Part shown: piece after piece, positions 16,529 to 24,339 of the stretch
Layout: each line of letters opens with the position of its first letter
Numbering within the stretch: position 1 is the first letter of the stretch
NCBI GenBank assembly: GCA_046861385.1
Contig: JBHHTW010000031.1
Coordinates: forward strand, 1-24,339
From: Fidelibacterota bacterium
Lineage (GTDB): Bacteria > Fidelibacterota > Marinisomatia > Marinisomatales > TCS55
DNA length: 24,339 nucleotides
Direction: 5' to 3'
The notes under the pieces: model-generated
Database searches by the model: none
The model's input: the letters and a program-made list of their open reading frames with translations, nothing else
What the model was told of the DNA's origin: nothing
Translations under genes and position numbers: made by a program

Positions 16529-16614
16529 AATAAAAATTATTCCGCAACTGGACATTCTACAACCAGTTAATTCATTGGAATTCACATGGAACTCTGCGAA
16601 TTTCCCGCTTGAAA

Positions 16615-18447
16615 ATGATCTCAACTAACCAACATTTCAATCTAAAACTGGTTTTCGCTGCTTCAGCGATCATGCTGGTGACATCATGTGTATACTTTAA
16701 TACGTTCTATAATGCACGGTTATATTTTGAAAAAGCAGAAAAACTGCGCCTTGAAAAAGTAGGTGAATCTGTACCACCAACTGCCATCGATGCTTATGGC
16801 AAAGTAATTGATAAATCCCAAGTGGTTTTGGATAAATTCCCCGATTCCAAATACTATCCAGAAGCTCTTTTACTGATAGGTAAATCACGATTTTACCGAA
16901 AAGAATATCGCATTGCAGAGAACTCGTTTAAGCAATACGATGAGCAATTTGACATCCAGAAAGAAGAATCGGAATATTGGCAGGCATTATGTAAATGGAA
17001 ATTAGGTAAACCACAGCCTGCGATTGATGACTTATACCGCGTGCTTAATCAGACAGATGATATTCAACTAAAATCAAAAATTTATCTATCCGTTGCTGAA
17101 ATTCAATTGGAAGGAAATAATCCCCAATCGGCTTTGGAACAGTTGGAATTGGCAGCTTCAGCTAGTCGAGATAGGGATGAAAGAGGACAAATTTACTATC
17201 GTCTTGCAGAATTGGCATATAATGCAGATGATTTTGAAAGATCTCTTAATGCTTATAATGAAGTCATAAAAAACTCGTCATCAAAGAAAAGAAAAGAAGA
17301 AGCGAATTTGATGATTGTACGAATTCACCGTCAACTGGGAAATTGGGATAAAGTCCAAAATATCATAAAAAATATGTTATTGGATGAAGTATTTAAATCT
17401 ATTCACGGTGATCTTGAAATTGAATTAGTAAAGTTATATCAAATGGACGGGAAATTAGAAGCAGCAATAACGCGGTTGGTATCCATTAAAGAAGATTATA
17501 AAAATTCTAAAACATCAGCCGAAGCAAATTATATCCACGGAGAGATTGAATTATATAATCTATGGAATTTAGATAATGCCAAAAAATATTTTGGTCAAGT
17601 TGGACGTGAATTTCGCCAGTCTCCATTTGTAAAGTCTGCCAATTTAAGGAAAAAAGAAATTACCGAATACCAGGAATCTGCGGCGGAAATTTCCAAACTG
17701 GATGATGATATCGAGCAGATTTATTCAGAATTGGATACAACAAAGAATGACTCAATTTTGGAAATCCTGCAAAGAGAAATTATCGAATCCAATGCATCCT
17801 TAAGCGAACATTTGTATAACTTAGGTGAATTGGAGTCTTTTCATTTTCACCGAAGAGACTCATCCGCAATACATTTTCAAAGGATAATCGATGAATTTTC
17901 CGAATCACAAACATATCCAAAGGCTCTATTTGTCATGTATTATTTGTATGATCAAATGGGTGACAGTACGAAGTCCAGTATGTATGGGGATAAAATTTTG
18001 ACTGAACTTCCAAGAACAGAGTATGCTGACTATCTAAGAAAATCAATGAATCTACCGGATGATCCGGGTTCAGTACAGTCATTATTACGACAGGGTGAAC
18101 TCCAATGGCTGATCAAGCCTGAAAATGCTTTAACCTTTTATAAAGAAATAGTTCAAAAGGATTCTACCAGTGAAACATCTGCCCGTGCAGCCTATTTCTT
18201 GGCTTACCATTATGATTATACATTTTCGGAAAGAGACAGTGCATTAAAATATTATACATTGCTCCAGGAATATCATGAACATTCTGAGCAAGCCAGTATA
18301 TCCCGTGATCGATTTATTGTATTGAACCAATCTATGGTTGAAACAAATCAAGCTATACCAGTTACTCCAATTGATGTTGGAGCCATTCAGGTTGATAACC
18401 ATAACCAAGCAATTATTGAAACGAAAAGAGATTCAATTGAACCTTGA
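16615..18447 (+). CDS. Tetratricopeptide-repeat lipoprotein
   Basis: Lipobox LVTS-C followed by VYFNTFYNA. Many TPR-like helical pairs (EALLLIGKSRF, IYYRLAELAY, EANYIHGEIEL, HLYNLGELE, AAYFLAYHY). ATG at 16615. Confidence 0.85.
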   Translation: MISTNQHFNLKLVFAASAIMLVTSCVYFNTFYNARLYFEKAEKLRLEKVGESVPPTAIDAYGKVIDKSQVVLDKFPDSKYYPEALLLIGKSRFYRKEYRIAENSFKQYDEQFDIQKEESEYWQALCKWKLGKPQPAIDDLYRVLNQTDDIQLKSKIYLSVAEIQLEGNNPQSALEQLELAASASRDRDERGQIYYRLAELAYNADDFERSLNAYNEVIKNSSSKKRKEEANLMIVRIHRQLGNWDKVQNIIKNMLLDEVFKSIHGDLEIELVKLYQMDGKLEAAITRLVSIKEDYKNSKTSAEANYIHGEIELYNLWNLDNAKKYFGQVGREFRQSPFVKSANLRKKEITEYQESAAEISKLDDDIEQIYSELDTTKNDSILEILQREIIESNASLSEHLYNLGELESFHFHRRDSSAIHFQRIIDEFSESQTYPKALFVMYYLYDQMGDSTKSSMYGDKILTELPRTEYADYLRKSMNLPDDPGSVQSLLRQGELQWLIKPENALTFYKEIVQKDSTSETSARAAYFLAYHYDYTFSERDSALKYYTLLQEYHEHSEQASISRDRFIVLNQSMVETNQAIPVTPIDVGAIQVDNHNQAIIETKRDSIEP

Positions 18448-19210
18448 AGATGCAAATATTGTTTCAAATTTAAAACTTTCCAATAATATTTGGCGTTTGA
18501 CTATGGATGCACCAAGGATATCAAGACAATACAAGGGTCCCGGTCAGTTTATTGGTTTATCATTGAATGATAGCTGGGAACATCCGATTCGCCGACCGAT
18601 GAGTATTGCGAGAGTGGATGGAAAATATATTGATATTATCTATAAAATATTTGGCTCCGTGACCAAGGAACTCTCCATGAAGTCACCCGGTGACTTTATC
18701 AATATTTTGGGACCCATTGGAAATGTGTTTACTGAATGGACAAACGAAAACCGTGTATTAATCGCCGGCGGTGTGGGCCTGGCTCCCATACTTAATCTTT
18801 ATGAAACTTGTCCGAATAGCACGCTCATTATCGGTGCAAAAACTGCCAATGAACATTTTATGCTTCACGAACCTGAAAGAAATGTCTACCTGGCAACTGA
18901 CGATGGTTCGGTTGGTATTCAGGGGACAGTTCTGGATGCTTTAAGACATATAACTTTAGAAAACCAGACGATTATTTATGCCTGCGGTCCTGAACCAATG
19001 CTGAAAGCAATTCAGGAGTTTACAGAAAAAAATAATATTAAAGCCCAGCTTTCTGTCGAGAGCTATATGGGATGCGGAATCGGAGTGTGCCAGGGATGCG
19101 TTATTCGTCGGGAAAATGGAAAAATACATCATCACAGTTATCATAAACAGTATTCTTTGGTATGCGTTGAAGGACCTATTTACTGGAGCCATGAGGTGAG
19201 TTTTGACTGA
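18437..19210 (+). CDS. pyrK: Dihydroorotate dehydrogenase electron transfer subunit
   Basis: GPGQF, RRPMSI (FAD), GGVGLAP, YACGPEPM, and the 2Fe-2S motif MGCGIGVCQGC...VCVEGP. The probable start is TTG 18437; the track's 18338 start overlaps the TPR gene by 110 nt. Confidence 0.93.
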   Translation: MNLEDANIVSNLKLSNNIWRLTMDAPRISRQYKGPGQFIGLSLNDSWEHPIRRPMSIARVDGKYIDIIYKIFGSVTKELSMKSPGDFINILGPIGNVFTEWTNENRVLIAGGVGLAPILNLYETCPNSTLIIGAKTANEHFMLHEPERNVYLATDDGSVGIQGTVLDALRHITLENQTIIYACGPEPMLKAIQEFTEKNNIKAQLSVESYMGCGIGVCQGCVIRRENGKIHHHSYHKQYSLVCVEGPIYWSHEVSFD

Positions 19211-20120
19211 TTTGTCAATCGAAATAGGAAATGTGCATTTTAAGAATCCGGTTTTTGTCGCATCCGGAACTTTTGGTTATGGAACAGAAAATCCGGACTT
19301 AGTTGATTTATCGAAATTGGGTGCCATTTTTACAAAATCAATTACCCTTCAACCGAGAGAGGGAAATCCACCTCCGAGGATTGTAGAAGCACCTTCCGGT
19401 ATGATTAACTCCATCGGTCTTGCTAATATTGGCGTTGAAAAATATATAAGTGAATTACTGCCGTTTTATGAGAACATTGACACACCAATTATTATGAATA
19501 TTGCGGGATCTTCGCTGGAAGAATATATTGCGGTATTAGAAAGAATTGAGGATATTTCGTCTCCAATTATCGGCTACGAAATAAATATTTCATGTCCAAA
19601 CGTAAAGGAGGGTGGCATGGAATTCGGGGTTGATTGTACGATGACGGAATTATTAACGTCGGAACTGCGAAAACGAACCGATAAGCTGCTGATTATGAAA
19701 TTAAGCCCAAATGTAACTGATATTACCTCAATTGCAATTTCAGCTCAAAATGGAGGAGCCGATGCTGTTTCTGCCATTAACACAGTAGTTGGAATGAGTA
19801 TCGATTATAAAACTCAAAAAAGTAATATTCACACAACCTTTGGCGGTCTGTCCGGACCGGCCATTAAGCCTATCGGTCTTGCAGCCGTTCATAAAATATT
19901 TAACTCAATCCATATTCCCATTATTGGTATCGGCGGAATCGTCAGCAGTAGTGATATTGTTGAATACATTCTTGCCGGGGCAACAGCAGTTCAAATAGGG
20001 ACTGCTAATTTTCGTTTCCCGGGTATAAGTTCCAAAATTATTGATAATCTTGAATCATATTTTGATAAATATAAAATGGAACTCCCCGATATAATTGGCA
20101 AAGTACTACACAATGATTAA
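19203..20120 (+). CDS. pyrD: Dihydroorotate dehydrogenase family 1B, catalytic subunit
   Basis: KNPVFVASGTFG, TKSIT, GNPPPR, NSIGLAN, NISCPN (catalytic Cys), KLSPN, GGLSGPAIKP, AVQIGTANF. Adjacent to pyrK. Confidence 0.96.
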   Translation: MTDLSIEIGNVHFKNPVFVASGTFGYGTENPDLVDLSKLGAIFTKSITLQPREGNPPPRIVEAPSGMINSIGLANIGVEKYISELLPFYENIDTPIIMNIAGSSLEEYIAVLERIEDISSPIIGYEINISCPNVKEGGMEFGVDCTMTELLTSELRKRTDKLLIMKLSPNVTDITSIAISAQNGGADAVSAINTVVGMSIDYKTQKSNIHTTFGGLSGPAIKPIGLAAVHKIFNSIHIPIIGIGGIVSSSDIVEYILAGATAVQIGTANFRFPGISSKIIDNLESYFDKYKMELPDIIGKVLHND

Positions 20121-20577
20121 ATACATCCTGATATTCGTTTTTGGACTCATGTCCTGTACAAATTCACCAAGATATCATACAGGTTCTGAATCAAAGAGAA
20201 AGCCAATTTCTTCAAAAACAAAAAAAGGTTCACATTCAAAAGTTATTTATGGTGTGAGTTCATTTTATGCAGAGGATTTTCATGGAAAACTTACTGCCAA
20301 TGGTGAAGTATATGATATGTATGGACTCACGGCGGCTCATAAAACTCTTCCTTTGAATACGATTGCTCGTGTGACTAATATGGATAATGATAAAAGTATT
20401 ATTCTACGAATCAATGATCGGGGTCCTTACGTCGCTGGAAGAATTTTGGATTGTTCCTATGGAGCAGCTATGAAATTGGGTTTTGTCGGTCAAGGGACTG
20501 CTAAGGTAAAAATTGAAATTATTGAATTTGGTGATGATCAATATATGAAACATAGAGATGGGCAGGAGGAGAAGTAA
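20113..20577 (+). CDS. rlpA: RlpA-family lytic transglycosylase lipoprotein (DPBB domain only)
   Basis: Lipobox LMS-C from ATG 20113. Motifs GVSSFYA..FHGKLTANGEVYDM, TAAHKTLP, RINDRGPY, ILDCSYGAA. No SPOR domain. Confidence 0.93.
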   Translation: MIKYILIFVFGLMSCTNSPRYHTGSESKRKPISSKTKKGSHSKVIYGVSSFYAEDFHGKLTANGEVYDMYGLTAAHKTLPLNTIARVTNMDNDKSIILRINDRGPYVAGRILDCSYGAAMKLGFVGQGTAKVKIEIIEFGDDQYMKHRDGQEEK

Positions 20578-20721
20578 CCATTAGTAGCAGATTGCTTAGC
20601 GATAGTCTTCCGATGGCGTTACTGTAGTATCGTATCAATAAAACAAAGGAAAATGAGATGATTATTACAAATAAAATTTTATTAATACTCCTCGAACTGC
20701 ATCTTCCGGTAGGGATTGAAA

Positions 20722-21609
20722 ATGTCTAAATACATCTTGGTAGTGAATCCACATGGGGGTTTGAAAAAAGGTTTAAGTATTCTTGAACAAGTCAGACCCA
20801 TATTTGATGGAGCTGGCGCTGATCTCACTATTCTTGAAACCCAATACGCAGGACATGCTAGAAATATGGCCCGTACCGAGAATTTTGACGGATACGATGG
20901 CTTTTGCGCCATTGGTGGAGATGGGACAATGCATGAGGTTATCAACGGTATGATGAATAGGGAAGATGCTCAACAGCTGCCCATCGGTCTTATTACGGGT
21001 GGAACAGGAAACTCTTTTATGCATGACCTGGATTGCCTAGATCCAATACAGGCTGCCAAACGGATAATTACAAATCGTAAAAGACCTATTGATATTTCTA
21101 AGGTAAATGCCAATGGCGAAACATTGTACGCTTTTAATATTGTTGGTTGGGGTATGCCGACCGAAATCAATATACTTGCTGAAAAATTACGTTGGTTTGG
21201 TGGACAAAGATATAACGTCGCATCCTTGGTGGAAATCTTTGCGTTTCGTCAACGGCTCGCTACATTAGTGATTGAAGGGAATCGAACGGTTGGGGATTTT
21301 GGATTTATACTTGGCTGCAATACTATTCATACCGGCAAAGGAATGAAAATGGCACCCCTTGCTCAAATAAATGATGGATATATAGATTTAATTGTTGTTC
21401 ATAAACCCAGTCGCTGGAAATTGTTAAAAATGTTCCCGAAAGTCTTTTCTGGCAAGCACATCACTGAACAAGTAGTAGAATATCACCAGGTGAAAACTTT
21501 TTCTGTTATTCCAAAAGAAGAGCATCTTCTGAATATCGACGGAGAATTATTGGGAAATACACCAATTGATGTGGAAGTTTTACCATCTGCCATAAACGTT
21601 CTTGTCTAG
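20722..21609 (+). CDS. Diacylglycerol/sphingosine kinase family lipid kinase (YegS/DgkB superfamily)
   Basis: VNPHGG, GGDGTMHEVING, GGTGNS, DGYIDL, NIDGE. ATG at 20722. Confidence 0.9.
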   Translation: MSKYILVVNPHGGLKKGLSILEQVRPIFDGAGADLTILETQYAGHARNMARTENFDGYDGFCAIGGDGTMHEVINGMMNREDAQQLPIGLITGGTGNSFMHDLDCLDPIQAAKRIITNRKRPIDISKVNANGETLYAFNIVGWGMPTEINILAEKLRWFGGQRYNVASLVEIFAFRQRLATLVIEGNRTVGDFGFILGCNTIHTGKGMKMAPLAQINDGYIDLIVVHKPSRWKLLKMFPKVFSGKHITEQVVEYHQVKTFSVIPKEEHLLNIDGELLGNTPIDVEVLPSAINVLV

Positions 21610-21676
21610 TTTGTGAGCAATCGCCTGCTTGAATTCGTATTAAAACAACTACACAAACAAACTTTATAATATTAAA

Positions 21677-22492
21677 ATGTCAGAAAAAACTAAAAAAGGA
21701 AGAACACTCATTAACGCGTTGGGTATCCCCGGATTGCTATTTATTATCTGGCTGGGTGGAATATATTTTACCATTTTAATGTCAGTTGTGATCGTGTTGG
21801 CATTAAATGAATTTTACGGGATTTATAAACAAAAAGGTATTAATGCATCAATGCCATTGGGATTAGTTGCTGCTGCATTTTTCATCTGGTATTATCACAC
21901 GGATCCCTATATTAATATGTTTACATTTTTACAAGTAGCAATAGTCTTCACATTACTTTCGCTGTTGATTGAATTATTTTCTAAAAAGGATAATTTTGCT
22001 TCGAATTTGTCCTACACATTCTTTGGTATAGTCTATATTCCCATGCTCCTGGGCTCACTCATCGCTATTCGACAAATGGATGTCACATATTCAACCCATT
22101 TTACATTTGCCATATTTTTATCCGTTTGGCTTTGCGATTCCGCAGCATACGGGTTTGGAGTAAAATGGGGGAAGAAGAAGATACTGCCAAAGGTGAGCCC
22201 AAATAAATCATGGGTAGGTAGTATAGCCGGTTATTTTAGCGCCCTCATCTTTTTTATTATTCTCTCTTATTACAATTTTCCATCTTCGAATTTCTCTATT
22301 AAAGATATATTGATTTTTTCAATTATATCTGGAATATTTGGACAATTAGGTGATTTTACCGAATCCATGTTCAAGCGCGATGTTGGGGTGAAAGACTCCA
22401 GTACATTTCTTTTGGGGCATGGAGGTGTATTGGATCGTTTTGATTCCTTGATTTTCGTCGCTCCTTTATCCTACTTTTACCTACTTTTTTAA
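21677..22492 (+). CDS. cdsA: Phosphatidate cytidylyltransferase
   Basis: Multi-TM protein with WLCDSAAY, VSPNKSWVG, GDFTESMFKRDVGVKDS and GHGGVLDRFDS. Confidence 0.96.
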   Translation: MSEKTKKGRTLINALGIPGLLFIIWLGGIYFTILMSVVIVLALNEFYGIYKQKGINASMPLGLVAAAFFIWYYHTDPYINMFTFLQVAIVFTLLSLLIELFSKKDNFASNLSYTFFGIVYIPMLLGSLIAIRQMDVTYSTHFTFAIFLSVWLCDSAAYGFGVKWGKKKILPKVSPNKSWVGSIAGYFSALIFFIILSYYNFPSSNFSIKDILIFSIISGIFGQLGDFTESMFKRDVGVKDSSTFLLGHGGVLDRFDSLIFVAPLSYFYLLF

Positions 22493-22524
22493 CCCCATTT
22501 AAACCATTTATAAATAATAATCCC

Positions 22525-24339
22525 ATGGAATTAAAATCGATACTGGCAACGGATTGCGGTAGTACAACCACGAAAGCGATTCTCATAGAAAAAATTGATG
22601 GTGAATATCGGTTGGCTGTTCGCGGCGAAGCACCTACAACTGTAGAAGCACCTTTTGAAGATGTGACTAAAGGGGTTCTTAATGCAGTAATGGAAGTAGA
22701 AGAATTAGCCGGACGAAAATTATTGGACGGCGATCAAATAATGAGTCCGCAGAATGGTAATGAGGGTGTTGACATATATATTTCCACTAGTTCAGCCGGT
22801 GGTGGACTACAAATGATGGTTGCCGGGGTGGTTAAAGGTATGACTGGTGAATCGGCAGAACGAGCTGCATTAGGGGCAGGTTCTATTGTCATGGATGTTT
22901 TAGCATCAAATGATGGCCGTAAACCCCATGAAAAAATTACACGCATTCGACAGCTTCGTCCTGATATGATTTTACTCTCTGGGGGTATCGATGGCGGAAC
23001 AACCAAACATGTAGTTGAACTTGCAGAAATATTGGCGGCAGCTAATCCAAAACCGCGTTTAGGTACAAATTATAAATTGCCGGTAATTTATGCTGGGAAT
23101 AAAAATGCGACTGATAAAATTGAAGAAACACTTGGTGAAATAACAGATCTTGATTTAACTGAAAATATACGTCCTGTTTTAGAGCGGGAAAATCTTAAGC
23201 CGTCCCGAGATAAAATTCACGATCTTTTTATGGAACACGTCATGCAGCAGGCTCCTGGGTATAAAAAATTGATGTCGTGGACCGATGCTCCGATTATGCC
23301 GACTCCCGGTGCTGTGGGAGCTTTGATTGAAATGGTGGCAGCCAAAGATAATATTTCAGTCGTTGGTGTGGACATTGGTGGAGCAACTACAGATATTTTT
23401 TCTGTGTTTCAAAAACAATTTAATCGGACCGTTAGTGCGAACCTGGGAATGAGCTATTCTATTTGCAATGTTCTGGCAGAAGCGGAATTGAAAAATGTAC
23501 TCCGCTGGGTACCATTTGATATTGATGAAAAAGAATTGACCAATCGTATCGGTAATAAAATGATTCGGCCAACAACAGTTCCCCAAAGTCTGGAAGAATT
23601 GGTCATCGAACAAGCCATTGCGCGGGAAGCATTACGATTATCTTTTATACAGCATAAGTCATTTGCTGTGAATTTGAAAGGTGTTCAGAAAGAAAGGACC
23701 ATTTCTGATGCCTTTGAACAAACAGATTCTGGAGAATCACTTGTTGATATGATAGAACTGGATTTACTGGTTGGGTCCGGTGGAGTTCTTTCCCATGCTC
23801 CTCGTCGTGAACAATCCGCACGAATGCTTATCGACAGTTTCCTTCCTGAAGGAATAACGGAATTGGCTGTGGATTCTATTTTTATGATGCCCCAGCTGGG
23901 CGTCATGGCCAATATCGAGAAGGAGGATTTAAAAGAAGAGGCACGAAAGGCAGCCGTAGAAGTATTTGAAAAAGATTGCTTAATTCGTCTCGGAACCTGT
24001 ATTGCCCCTGTTGGAACCGCAAAATCAGGAGCTACAGTTTTAACAGCAGAACTAGCTTTACCCGGTGATAGGACTGAAAGGTATGAAATCAAATTTGGTG
24101 ATCTTGTCAGAATTGAAGTGCCCTATGAATCGGTAAAAGCAAAACTGACTCCTGGTAAAGGTATGGATATTGGTGCTGGAAAAAATGAATCTATTGAAAC
24201 CACTGTTTATGGTGGTGTGGTGGGAATTATATTAGATGGCCGGGGTCGACCTATGACCATATCTACTGATCCGCAACAAAGAATTTCTGATTTGACTAAA
24301 TGGTCAGCGGCAGTACAGGAGTATCCTGAACTACAAGGC
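22525..24339 (+). CDS. GlmL/MutL (glutamate mutase L)-like ASKHA-fold ATPase, 3'-truncated by window edge
   Basis: Absent from the ORF track because no stop codon falls in the window. ATG at 22525, reading in frame to the last base (605 codons). Translation begins MELKSILATDCGSTTTKAILIEK and includes PTTVEAP, TSSAGGGLQM, SGGIDGG, IYAGN, ENIRP, IMPTPGAV, VDIGGATTDIFS, RTVSANLGMSYS and GSGGVLSHAP. Confidence 0.88.
   Translation, partial: MELKSILATDCGSTTTKAILIEKIDGEYRLAVRGEAPTTVEAPFEDVTKGVLNAVMEVEELAGRKLLDGDQIMSPQNGNEGVDIYISTSSAGGGLQMMVAGVVKGMTGESAERAALGAGSIVMDVLASNDGRKPHEKITRIRQLRPDMILLSGGIDGGTTKHVVELAEILAAANPKPRLGTNYKLPVIYAGNKNATDKIEETLGEITDLDLTENIRPVLERENLKPSRDKIHDLFMEHVMQQAPGYKKLMSWTDAPIMPTPGAVGALIEMVAAKDNISVVGVDIGGATTDIFSVFQKQFNRTVSANLGMSYSICNVLAEAELKNVLRWVPFDIDEKELTNRIGNKMIRPTTVPQSLEELVIEQAIAREALRLSFIQHKSFAVNLKGVQKERTISDAFEQTDSGESLVDMIELDLLVGSGGVLSHAPRREQSARMLIDSFLPEGITELAVDSIFMMPQLGVMANIEKEDLKEEARKAAVEVFEKDCLIRLGTCIAPVGTAKSGATVLTAELALPGDRTERYEIKFGDLVRIEVPYESVKAKLTPGKGMDIGAGKNESIETTVYGGVVGIILDGRGRPMTISTDPQQRISDLTKWSAAVQEYPELQG

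Noticed and set aside
16529..16624. N-terminal extension of the PEGA-like ORF, and plus-strand ORF 16374..16628
   Set aside because: The extension would overlap the divergent TPR gene and remove the promoter space; the plus-strand ORF is an antisense shadow.
22371..24092. Minus-strand ORFs 22371..22586, 22734..23006, 23356..23613 and 23685..24092
   Set aside because: They are antisense shadows of cdsA and of the continuous GlmL-like ORF on the plus strand.

Overview
AT-rich bacterial chromosomal segment, densely coding and mostly housekeeping. In order: serC (5'-truncated), a small secreted Cys/His-repeat protein, a large YiiX/YebB-like permuted-papain protein, uvrC, an S8 peptidase with FN3-like and dockerin domains, a TlpA-like redoxin, a eukaryote-like cystathionine beta-synthase, a FabG-like SDR, Hsp20, a DegT-family aminotransferase, tldD, tldE/pmbA, bolA, a DUF1232/YkvA protein, a small Zn-ribbon protein, a PEGA-like protein, a TPR lipoprotein, pyrK, pyrD, rlpA, a lipid kinase, cdsA, and a GlmL/MutL-like ASKHA ATPase that runs off the right edge and is missing from the ORF track. 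The dockerin-tailed protease, TPR lipoprotein and GlmL-like gene suggest an FCB-group organism such as Marinimicrobia (inference only). I saw no rRNA, tRNA, CRISPR array, transposase or integrase. The main signals worth following up are: the 8-residue-periodic Cys/His exported peptide with a perfect Rex-like palindrome upstream; several families of decayed REP-like or attC-like palindromes in the intergenic gaps; a sigma54-type promoter on hsp20; an orphan aminotransferase-tldDE operon; and the orphan GlmL-like gene. No complete novel system can be demonstrated from this window alone. All family assignments come from motif recognition, not database searches.
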